From positions 3,490 to 67,489 of the forward strand of contig JAJYFN010000001.1 in the NCBI GenBank assembly GCA_021790875.1: a stretch of 64,000 nucleotides of DNA, read 5' to 3'. This DNA is from a bacterium (lineage in GTDB: Bacteria; Patescibacteriota; Saccharimonadia; Saccharimonadales; UBA4665). Position 1 is the first letter of the stretch, and every line of letters starts with the position of its first letter. Position numbers and translations under genes: made by a program. A model generated the notes under the pieces. It saw only the letters and a list, made by a program, of their open reading frames with translations. It searched no databases and had not been told where the DNA came from. Below are positions 56,478-64,000 of the stretch, one piece after another.

Positions 56478-57487
56478 TAGTTATTACCTGCATTAAGAAG
56501 CTCGCTGGCTTTAGCAATCACTGACTTAATTAAACTATCGCTATCCTGACTGCCGTAGAGTTTAAAACCACTGGCGTAGTCGTGTCCGCCACCACCAAAG
56601 TTTTCTGCTAAGACTCCAGCAATTGGGTGACCTTGGTTGGAGCGAATCTTAGCCGTTATTTTGCCGTCACGGTAGATTTTAAGTGCAATCGCAACGGCGG
56701 TCCCCTCAGTTAAGCGCATATCTTCTAGGGCAAGCACCGATGGATTATAAAGCGGGCTGTAACGTTCAATTTCAGACCAAGGAATTACTACTAAAGCAAT
56801 GCGGTCATTATCAAAGTACTGAATCCGCTTCAGTAATTCACCCTTGTAATGGACTAAGTCAGCGCTCTTACGCATGTTAGCACGGCGAGCGGCTTCAAGA
56901 TTGGCTAGTGATACGCCCTGCTCTACCATCTCAGCGATGCTATAGAGCGTGCGTGCCGAAACGTTATCTGTAGTAAGACCAAGCGTATCGGATAGTATTG
57001 CAGCCACTAAGGCATTGCGGGCGGCATCATTTAGCTTGTAGCCTAACTGTTTGCATAGGTTGTAGATTACTTCTGCGGTTGCGGAAGCTGAGGCTTCAAT
57101 TAAGCTGGCGCTCGCAAAGTCGATACTCGCAGGTGTAGCGTGATGATCGATGACAATTAGCGGTCTCTGGCTCAGTGCTCCAGCTCTTAGTGATTTAATT
57201 GAGTTGTCAATTAAGGCTAGTGAAGACGTGTCAACCAGAATAACTAAATCATAATGAGAGGGTAGTTCTTGGCTAACGCGGTCCCAGCCTGGAAAGTAAG
57301 ATAGGTAACCTGGCATTTTTATGCCACAAACTAGCTCGGTTTCTTTACCTTGGAGCATCAAGATTTGCTCAAGTGCTAAGGCACTACCTAGACTATCTCC
57401 ATCCGGGTTATCCGGTTGCAAGATTAAGACCTTAGTTGATGCGTCAATTAAGGCTTTAATTTTTGAGCTTTGATCTTGTTCTTGCAT
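56477..57487 (-). CDS. nrnA: DHH/DHHA1 phosphoesterase (NrnA-like oligoribonuclease / pAp phosphatase)
   Basis: PDGDSLGSALAL, VIDHHATP and FGGGGHDYASGF motifs. Confidence 0.8.
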   Translation of the reverse strand: MQEQDQSSKIKALIDASTKVLILQPDNPDGDSLGSALALEQILMLQGKETELVCGIKMPGYLSYFPGWDRVSQELPSHYDLVILVDTSSLALIDNSIKSLRAGALSQRPLIVIDHHATPASIDFASASLIEASASATAEVIYNLCKQLGYKLNDAARNALVAAILSDTLGLTTDNVSARTLYSIAEMVEQGVSLANLEAARRANMRKSADLVHYKGELLKRIQYFDNDRIALVVIPWSEIERYSPLYNPSVLALEDMRLTEGTAVAIALKIYRDGKITAKIRSNQGHPIAGVLAENFGGGGHDYASGFKLYGSQDSDSLIKSVIAKASELLNAGNN

Positions 57488-57501
57488 ATTAAGGCTACTT
57501 T

Positions 57502-58140
57502 TTAGGAAACCGTTGGTGATTCACTTAAGGTCTGTCGGTGTTCAATAGCTCGACCGAGTGTGATTTGATCGGCATATTCTAAGTCGACCCCAATTGGCAG
57601 TCCACGCGCTAACCTGCTTATTTTAACTTCTCGTGCTCCAATTTGCTGTTGAATGTATAGAGCGGTTGACTCTCCCTCAACACTGGCGTTAGTTGCAAGA
57701 ATAACTTCTTTAACTTTATCTTCATCGAGGCGTTTAATGAGTTCTGCGATGTGCAGTTGTTCAGGGGAAACGCCATCAATTGGCGAAACTAGTCCGCCAA
57801 GAACGTGGTATGTGCCATGGAAAAGAGCGGTCTTTTCGATCGCTAAGATGTCAAACGGTTCAGCAACCACCGCAATAACGGTCTTGTCGCGTCTTGGGTC
57901 GCTATAGAGTGTCGAAACGGTTTGATTAGATGGTATTAAGGCAAAAGTCTTCTCGCAATAGCTAATACCCTCCGGGAGCTTAATTAGTGCATCGGCTAAA
58001 CGCTCACCAGCCTGCGTGTTGTGTCTAACAAACCAATAGGCATATCTTTCCGCACTACGTGGACCGACGCCTGGAAGAGCGCTAAAAGCTTCAATAAGCT
58101 CTGTTAGTGCTGGTGGAAGTACGTTACTGCTATTATTCAT
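57502..58140 (-). CDS. recR: recombination protein RecR (zinc-finger cysteines absent)
   Basis: LPGVGPRSAERYAY helix-hairpin-helix, a Toprim domain (VVAEPFDILAIEKT..YHVLGG..SP) and C-terminal ISRLARGLPIGVDLEYAD. Confidence 0.9.
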   Translation of the reverse strand: MNNSSNVLPPALTELIEAFSALPGVGPRSAERYAYWFVRHNTQAGERLADALIKLPEGISYCEKTFALIPSNQTVSTLYSDPRRDKTVIAVVAEPFDILAIEKTALFHGTYHVLGGLVSPIDGVSPEQLHIAELIKRLDEDKVKEVILATNASVEGESTALYIQQQIGAREVKISRLARGLPIGVDLEYADQITLGRAIEHRQTLSESPTVS

Positions 58141-58169
58141 GAGCGGTTTCTAACGTCTGACTTACTAAA

Positions 58170-58463
58170 CTAAAGCCCTAAGCTACCTAATAGACCCATA
58201 AATGGCTGCATCTTTTCGGTGGCTAGGTGCTGACTTTTTTGAATTGCTTCGCGAACGGCTTCTTCTAACCAACGTTCCAGCATGGTGATATCTTCTAAAT
58301 CGACTAAAGCTGGATCGATGTGGATCTTTTTAAGCTTTTGCTCACCGTTAATCTCAATGCGTACGGCGCCATCGCCTTTTACAACTTCAATAATTTCGCG
58401 CTCCAGCTCTTTTTGAACTTTCTTAATTTTAAGTGCCATTTTGGCTTGATCAATTCTGCTCAT
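58170..58463 (-). CDS. ybaB: YbaB/EbfC nucleoid-associated protein
   Basis: 97 aa; KKVQKELERE..GDGAVRIEINGEQKLKKIHIDPALV pattern. Lies beside recR. Confidence 0.85.
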   Translation of the reverse strand: MSRIDQAKMALKIKKVQKELEREIIEVVKGDGAVRIEINGEQKLKKIHIDPALVDLEDITMLERWLEEAVREAIQKSQHLATEKMQPFMGLLGSLGL

Positions 58464-58555
58464 AGTTACTTGCCCCTACTTAGATAGTGGATATTTCCTA
58501 TTCCTAGTCTAACTTAGCCTAGAAGTATAGCAAAGTGGACTTAAAACTATGGGTG

Positions 58556-59797
58556 CTATTTTAGTCTTTCGTGATAGGAGCTAACAACACTAGGATTATT
58601 AGCCCAGGCGACAAAATAGCTCCTGATGCCATAGACAGCACTTAGACTAACGACTGCGTACATCACGAATAGACCAGCAAAACGAGCGATTGGGTTACGG
58701 GGGAAAATCTCATACCATTCTTTAAGCAGGAAAGCGAGACCGGTACCGGCTGTGACAGCGACTAAGGGTAGAAGAGCGATTATATTAATAACGCCAAAGC
58801 TAGCGATTAGCCAGCCGCAGCCTATAAAGATAACGACATTGCGCCAACGCCAATTACTGAGCCTGATTAAGTAACTGTATAGGCCAAGCACAAAAAGGAC
58901 ACTAAAAGTTAAGGGTACTAATGGTAGATGACCCAGATACAAATCTACTCTAGTGTTGGCACTATGAACAAAGAGATTGGTTGGAACGTGGATAAAATTA
59001 AGACTCAGTCCATGCCAAAAAGCATGGAGCGAGGTGGTGCTTAGTCCATAGCCTAGCCAGTTGTTTAATTGCTGATGGCTGAAGTGCCGAATCAGTTGAT
59101 AGCCTAGTGGCAAAATAATAACAATTGGTAGGAGCGGCATTAAGAATTTATTAATTTTCGGCTGAGTCTTGTAGGCACTTAAGAGTGCTTTTTTAGACAG
59201 CCAGAGGGCAACAAGAGCGAACCAGATGCCACCGGGAACATAAAGGCTAAATGCGAATACAACTGCAAATAAAATTAATCTAATTTGAGTAGCATTTTGG
59301 TTAATGTATGACACGACTGCAAGGAGAGCCGATACAAGCAATAGTTGGCTGATTAGCGGTGTGGCTTCCCTGCTGGCGGCTAGCAGTCCAAAGCACGTGA
59401 GGCTAATTAAAGCTGAGAGTAGACCAATTTTATAGCCGTGCCATGAGCTAACTACCCAATAAACTAAGGCTATTGTTATTACGCCAATTAGCACTGAAGT
59501 GAAGCGAAAGCCAAAAACAGTGTGGCTTAAAGCATAGTTCAGATGCAGAAGTAGATAGTATGGACCGTAGAGCCCATTTAAAGACTTCCACCAATGACCA
59601 TTCATTAAAAACTGTTGCTTAGTATTTAACTCAAACTGGTTAATGTAACTATTCGTGAGTGTCGTTAGTCGCCAGACGAGGAGCGTCGTACTGGCCGCAA
59701 TTGTTAGAATAAGGCCGTAAAACTTAGCATTAAGCTTTGAAATACTTAGCATCAACCAACTCAACCCAGGTAATTTTTTAGTTTCTGCTTTAGCCAT
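58556..59797 (-). CDS. polytopic integral membrane protein (GT-C/ArnT-like shape, unverified)
   Basis: At least 10 hydrophobic segments. No diagnostic motif found. Confidence 0.4.
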   Translation of the reverse strand: MAKAETKKLPGLSWLMLSISKLNAKFYGLILTIAASTTLLVWRLTTLTNSYINQFELNTKQQFLMNGHWWKSLNGLYGPYYLLLHLNYALSHTVFGFRFTSVLIGVITIALVYWVVSSWHGYKIGLLSALISLTCFGLLAASREATPLISQLLLVSALLAVVSYINQNATQIRLILFAVVFAFSLYVPGGIWFALVALWLSKKALLSAYKTQPKINKFLMPLLPIVIILPLGYQLIRHFSHQQLNNWLGYGLSTTSLHAFWHGLSLNFIHVPTNLFVHSANTRVDLYLGHLPLVPLTFSVLFVLGLYSYLIRLSNWRWRNVVIFIGCGWLIASFGVINIIALLPLVAVTAGTGLAFLLKEWYEIFPRNPIARFAGLFVMYAVVSLSAVYGIRSYFVAWANNPSVVSSYHERLK

Positions 59798-59808
59798 GCG
59801 CGTGATGT

Positions 59809-61167
59809 TTAAAAGGGTGCGTTATGTTTTTTGTCTAAAGAGCGGAAGCGTTGGCGTTCGTTATCGAAGAATAGTTCCACGCCACCAATTGGACCGTTAC
59901 GGTGTTTCTTAATGATGATGTCTGTAATCTTTTTACGATCCGTTTCCGGGTTATAGAATTCTTCGCGGTAAATAAAGGCTACGACGTCAGCGTCTTGTTC
60001 GAGCGAGCCACTCTCGCGAAGATCCGATAGCTGTGGAATTTGCGGGCTACGGCTTTCAACCGAGCGGTTTAGCTGGGAGGCGGTTAGTAAGGGGACGTCG
60101 AGTTCACGGGCGATACTCTTTAAGCCACGAGAAATATCGGATATTTCTTGAACTCGGTTGCCATCATTTCCGAAGCGATTGCCGCCGCTCATTAACTGTA
60201 GGTAGTCAACTACTATCATGCCCAGCCGGTGACGGTGATTTTCTCTTCGGGCAATGGTGCGCATATCGCTGATGGTAATTCCTGGTGTGTCGTCTATATA
60301 GATTGGTGCTTCACTTAAGGTACCCATGGCTTCACCAATTTTTTCAAAGTCGGTGTCAGTTAAGTTACCAGTTCTTAAAGCCCAGGCGTCAACACCTGAT
60401 TCAATGCTCAGTAAACGATCGACTAATTGCTCTTTGCTCATCTCAAGGCTGAAAAAAAGAACTGGTTCTTTAGATTTTACGGCTACGCTATGAGCAAAGT
60501 TTAGTAATAAAGCTGTCTTACCCATTGAAGGCCTAGCTGCTAGAATAAACAAATCAGAGCGCTGGAAACCAGCTAAGAGGTTATCTAAATCACTAAAGCC
60601 GGTAGATATGCCACGTAACTTTTTCTTATCCTTATGCAAATCATCCAAGCGTTCAAAGCTTTCAGCTAGAATCGCTTCCAAGCTGACGACGGATTGTTTT
60701 ACGTGCTGCTCGCTAACAGCAAAGAGATTGCTTTCAGCCTCTTCGATTAATTCGTGCAAGGCCTTCGTTTCATCAAAGCCGAGCGAAACCATTTGCTGTG
60801 ACACCGTAATAAGCCGTCGACGCAAAGCCTTTTGCGCCACAATATCGGCGTACTGTTCAACATGCGCTGCTGTAGGCACAAAGTTTGTTAGCTCCGTTAG
60901 ATAAGAAGCGCCACCAACACTGTCTAACTCGCCGTTGGACTTAAGCTTATTTGCTAAGGTTAAAACATCAATCGCTGAACGCTGAGTATAGAGATCGTTC
61001 ATAGCCGAGTAGATTACTTCATGTTTTTTATCAAAGAAATCTGTTGGTCTAATCTGGTCGGCAATTTTAACAATCGCATCGGTGTCGATAAGGATTGAGC
61101 CTAATAAAGAAGCTTCAGCGTCTAGGTTCTGCGGCGGTTGTTTTAACTCTTTAATGATGTCTGCCAT
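59809..61167 (-). CDS. dnaB: replicative DNA helicase DnaB
   Basis: PPQNLDAEASLLGSIL N-terminus, ARPSMGKTALLLN Walker A, VVDYLQLM and ASQLNRSVE. Confidence 0.97.
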   Translation of the reverse strand: MADIIKELKQPPQNLDAEASLLGSILIDTDAIVKIADQIRPTDFFDKKHEVIYSAMNDLYTQRSAIDVLTLANKLKSNGELDSVGGASYLTELTNFVPTAAHVEQYADIVAQKALRRRLITVSQQMVSLGFDETKALHELIEEAESNLFAVSEQHVKQSVVSLEAILAESFERLDDLHKDKKKLRGISTGFSDLDNLLAGFQRSDLFILAARPSMGKTALLLNFAHSVAVKSKEPVLFFSLEMSKEQLVDRLLSIESGVDAWALRTGNLTDTDFEKIGEAMGTLSEAPIYIDDTPGITISDMRTIARRENHRHRLGMIVVDYLQLMSGGNRFGNDGNRVQEISDISRGLKSIARELDVPLLTASQLNRSVESRSPQIPQLSDLRESGSLEQDADVVAFIYREEFYNPETDRKKITDIIIKKHRNGPIGGVELFFDNERQRFRSLDKKHNAPF

Positions 61168-61266
61168 TTAAACTATTAGCTTTCGTCCACCTATAAATTT
61201 GTCCTACGCACACATTATATTATCGAAGGTCTATTTTACCCTAACACTTATAAACACTTTTTCCCC

Positions 61267-62733
61267 TTAGGGCGATAGTAGCTCTGCGCCTCCAAAGATG
61301 TTTGAGATTGTATCGAGCTTATCAATTTCTGGCTTAGCCTTCGAGGGAGTTTTATTTAATAAATCAGTATCAACGATGCAGCTGAGGGCAAACTCTTGTT
61401 TGGTCACTTTCTTAAGGGCAGCCATGATGATGGTTTTATTTTTTGGGTCGTTAACTCTTTTTTGGTGAAACGGGAAAGCAAACTTAAGTAGTATCTGATT
61501 TGGTTCATTAAATTCAACGCTGGCCATGCGCACTACGCCATAAAGCGTGTTATAGCTGGTACGTAGTAGGGTTAGAACTTCGTCCCATGAAGACTGGTTA
61601 AAGTTCTCGCTTAATTTTATTTCTTTCTCCTTTGGTTCTGGCTCTAGAGTTTCCATACTTTGCGTAGTTTCTATAGGCGTATTACTTTGGTCTAGACTCT
61701 CGGCAAGTTTTTTGGAACTTGTGACTTTTTTAGTGACACTTTGCTCCTCTATTACTGAAGCTGGCTTAGGCTCGTAATTAGTCAGGCTCTTTAGAAGGCA
61801 AATTTCTAAATAGATCTCTGGGCTTGATGCTGCGCTAACATCAAGCAAATTGGCTAAGAGGCTAAGTTCGCTTTCGCTTTCTAGAATCTGGCTGCCATTA
61901 ATTAAATCGGCACGTAAAACTTTGGCAAGTTGGGTAGCAATGATTGTTGGCGGGTAACCCTGGTCGAGTAATTGATGTAAGAATGTTACGACATCCTTAG
62001 CGGTACCGTTGCTGATATTTAAGATTAAGTCGTGAATCAGTTGCGTTGGTGGCACGCCAATTAGTTGAGCAATGTCACTTGCTTTAATGGGCTGAGGATA
62101 GTTTGCGGCTTGGTCAAGTAGACTAATGCTGTCTCTAAAGCTACCTTGACCGTGTTCGGCAATAATGTCGAGCGCTTCAGGTTCAATCGCTATCTTTTCG
62201 CTCCTCGCAATGGAACTTAGATGCTGCGCTACTTTCTCTTTTGGAATTGGTCGAAAGGCGTAACGCTGAGTGCGACTGATGACTGTCTCGGGTAGCTTAT
62301 GCGCCTCTGTTGTCGCAAGAATAAAGACGACGTGGGCCGGCGGTTCTTCTAGCGTTTTAAGGAGCGCATTGAAAGAATCGGTAGTAAGCATATGGACCTC
62401 GTCAATAATGTAGACCTTATACTTCGCACTGACTGGCGCAACATATACCTTCTCAATTAAGGCTTTAGTTTCTTCTAATTTACGGTTTGAAGCCGCGTCA
62501 ATTTCAATAATATCGATATCTGCCGAGTCATCGTCATATTTAATATCGTTAATAGCGTGGGCTAGGATACGAGCAATTGAAGTTTTGCCAACTCCTTTAG
62601 GTCCTGTAAAAAGGTAAGCATGAGCAATCCGGCCGCTTTTAACGGCCCGATCGAGGGTCTCTGTAATATGCTCTTGGCCAACAATTTCAGCCAGAGATTT
62701 AGACCGGTATTTGCGGTATAGCGCTTGCCCCAT
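61267..62733 (-). CDS. dnaX: DNA polymerase III subunit gamma/tau
   Basis: YRKYRSKSLAEIVGQEH, GPKGVGKTSIARILA, IIDEVHML and SRTQRY. Confidence 0.95.
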   Translation of the reverse strand: MGQALYRKYRSKSLAEIVGQEHITETLDRAVKSGRIAHAYLFTGPKGVGKTSIARILAHAINDIKYDDDSADIDIIEIDAASNRKLEETKALIEKVYVAPVSAKYKVYIIDEVHMLTTDSFNALLKTLEEPPAHVVFILATTEAHKLPETVISRTQRYAFRPIPKEKVAQHLSSIARSEKIAIEPEALDIIAEHGQGSFRDSISLLDQAANYPQPIKASDIAQLIGVPPTQLIHDLILNISNGTAKDVVTFLHQLLDQGYPPTIIATQLAKVLRADLINGSQILESESELSLLANLLDVSAASSPEIYLEICLLKSLTNYEPKPASVIEEQSVTKKVTSSKKLAESLDQSNTPIETTQSMETLEPEPKEKEIKLSENFNQSSWDEVLTLLRTSYNTLYGVVRMASVEFNEPNQILLKFAFPFHQKRVNDPKNKTIIMAALKKVTKQEFALSCIVDTDLLNKTPSKAKPEIDKLDTISNIFGGAELLSP

Positions 62734-62783
62734 AGACTATTAGCTATTATAGCCCATAGTCACACTTTTGACGGAGAGTCGAC

Positions 62784-63290
62784 TTAAAGAGCAGCTTCGA
62801 GCGCTGCCCATTCGGCGTTGTCGTCTTCTGGAACATTGACGCTAACCTGATCACCAGGTTTAGCTTTAAAGTAAGTTACGCTAGCTAGTAGTACGCGGTA
62901 TTCTTTGTCGCCAACACTCACTGAGTAGTGGCCATTGACTAGATTGAGCGTACCGACAACTTGTTTTCTGGGTACTGGACCAATTTGCTTGTAGAGAAAG
63001 GTTCCATCGTCAGCAATAGTTAGTTTTAGGATGTCACCTTGGACGAGTTTAGACTTTGAAGCGTAGTTAGCAGGAACAGGATAGGTCTTGCTGTCGCTAC
63101 CAACCATGTTTTGACCGTCAAATACGCCTTCAATAATTTTGCCAAGCGTATCTTCGCGCGCAATTGGAGCAATTTTCTCATCATCGCCAACTAAACTAAT
63201 TAAAAGTTCATTCGCGGCGGCAATGTTTGTCTCTGCTTCTCTTATGAGTGAGCGCAAGCGCTTGATTTGCTTGTCAGGTACTTCTGGCAT
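62784..63290 (-). CDS. hypothetical protein (N-terminal helix + beta-rich C-terminal half)
   Basis: 168-aa ORF between rplL and dnaX. No family recognised. Confidence 0.5.
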   Translation of the reverse strand: MPEVPDKQIKRLRSLIREAETNIAAANELLISLVGDDEKIAPIAREDTLGKIIEGVFDGQNMVGSDSKTYPVPANYASKSKLVQGDILKLTIADDGTFLYKQIGPVPRKQVVGTLNLVNGHYSVSVGDKEYRVLLASVTYFKAKPGDQVSVNVPEDDNAEWAALEAAL

Positions 63291-63459
63291 GTTGGCCTCT
63301 ATTTGCTTCCTCCGACTCGATCGGTATTTGTCTAGGGTCAGTTACCCCTAAACTAACATTTATGCGCTTTAAAGTCAAAGTGTTCTGTGGATAAAGAACA
63401 ACACCAGCTATCTAAGCCGTAATCTCACGCTTAATTTTTGAATTTAGTCTAACTGTTAC

Positions 63460-63840
63460 TTAAGCTAGTTCGACAGTTGCGCCGGCTTCCTCAAGCTTCT
63501 TCTTGGCGGCTTCAGCGTCTTCAGTTTTAGCCTTTTCAAGAATTGTCTTTGGAGCACCGTCAACTAAAGCCTTAGCTTCACCAAGACCAAGGTTGGTGAT
63601 GTCTTTAACAGCCTTAATGACAGCTACTTTTTGACTGCCGGCGTCCTTTAAGACAACATCGTACTCACTCTTAGCTTCAGCTGCTGGAGCAGCGTCTGCA
63701 CCTGCTGCTGGAGCAGCGACAGCGGCGACAGCGGCTGCTGGCTCAATGCCGTACTTGTCTTTTAGGGTGTTGCTTAATTCATTTACTTCTAAAACAGTTA
63801 AACCGACTAGTTCTTCGGCTAATTTTTCAATCTTTGACAT
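63460..63840 (-). CDS. rplL: 50S ribosomal protein L7/L12
   Basis: Ala/Pro hinge and C-terminal [28 protein letters not shown]. Confidence 0.97.
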   Translation of the reverse strand: MSKIEKLAEELVGLTVLEVNELSNTLKDKYGIEPAAAVAAVAAPAAGADAAPAAEAKSEYDVVLKDAGSQKVAVIKAVKDITNLGLGEAKALVDGAPKTILEKAKTEDAEAAKKKLEEAGATVELA

Positions 63841-63869
63841 CTTATCTATCTCCTTAAAATTTACTTAAA

Positions 63870-64000
63870 TTAGGCTTTATTAGCATTGGCTTCAAGAGCC
63901 GCAATAATGCTTGGTAGATTATTGCTGGCGCTAATCACTGATCGGATTGGGGTACCGAGTAGTGCGACTACGCTAGCAATTAATTGTGGTTTGCTTGGCA
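63870..64000 (-). CDS. rplJ: 50S ribosomal protein L10, C-terminal part (gene continues past the right edge)
   Basis: The reverse strand reads ...PSKPQLIASVVALLGTPIRSVISASNNLPSIIAALEANANKA*, immediately upstream of rplL. Confidence 0.8.
   Translation of the reverse strand, partial: PSKPQLIASVVALLGTPIRSVISASNNLPSIIAALEANANKA

Noticed and set aside
61725-61731. A6G tract (ACT AAA AAA GTC) about 70% into dnaX as a possible gamma/tau frameshift site
   Set aside because: The heptamer is out of phase with the canonical A AAA AAG -1 slippery site. I saw no downstream hairpin, and A6 is short for transcriptional slippage. Both alternative frames do hit stops within 10-14 codons, so it cannot be formally excluded without proteomics.
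63386-63394. Perfect DnaA box (TGTGGATAA = TTATCCACA) in the rplL-hypothetical intergenic region
   Set aside because: It is a single box with no cluster, no adjacent AT-rich unwinding element and no dnaA/dnaN nearby. That is insufficient to call an origin.
62734-63459. Looked for an SRP (4.5S/scr) RNA, which often lies upstream of dnaX, and for other structured RNAs in the 50-bp and 169-bp spacers
   Set aside because: No GGAA/AGCA domain-IV-like motif or extended helix was found. The spacers look like ordinary promoter and terminator DNA.

Overview
Gene-dense bacterial chromosomal window with about 75 CDS and 2 tRNAs. I found no rRNA, CRISPR array, transposase or integrase. All functional calls come from reading motifs in the supplied translations by eye; no database or HMM search was run. 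The style (4-nt stop/stop overlaps, cut-down housekeeping proteins, cyoABCDE plus NDH-2 with no quinone-biosynthesis genes in view) resembles a reduced-genome lineage such as Patescibacteria/Saccharibacteria, but that is inference only. The window has three parts. (i) 1-16.6 kb is an AT-richer accessory region ending at the 3' end of tRNA-Asn(GUU). It holds a GT4 glycosyltransferase, a PhnP-like MBL diesterase, a 2H phosphoesterase, and a degenerate GGDEF-like protein translationally coupled to an S51 peptidase homologue. It also holds a ten-gene nucleotide-sugar modification cluster, a Nudix hydrolase and a Ham1/ITPase. The sugar cluster is bracketed by a ~250-290 bp direct repeat carrying a relic of the MBL gene 3' end. 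A 31-nt motif resembling the tRNA-Asn 3' end recurs three times in tRNA orientation. (ii) 16.8-51.5 kb is core-like. It contains GH13, smpB, GH/GT2, DAGK-like, CobA-like, glutaredoxin-like, a complete F1Fo ATP synthase operon, mscL, an aquaporin and a UvrD-nuclease. It also contains NDH-2, an FAD-linked oxidase, cyoABCDE, two two-component systems, a Crp-family regulator, two UPF0104 paralogues and an orphan TraD/VirD4-like ATPase. (iii) tRNA-Gln(UUG) is followed by an AT-rich ~1.4-kb islet with a RelE/RHH toxin-antitoxin pair and an orphan gene. After that come housekeeping genes (AI-2E permease, cysS, nrnA, recR, ybaB, dnaB, dnaX, rplL, partial rplJ). The best candidates for something undescribed are the GGDEF-like/S51/2H/PhnP cluster, the tRNA-Asn-associated repeat architecture around the sugar island, and the tRNA-Gln islet.
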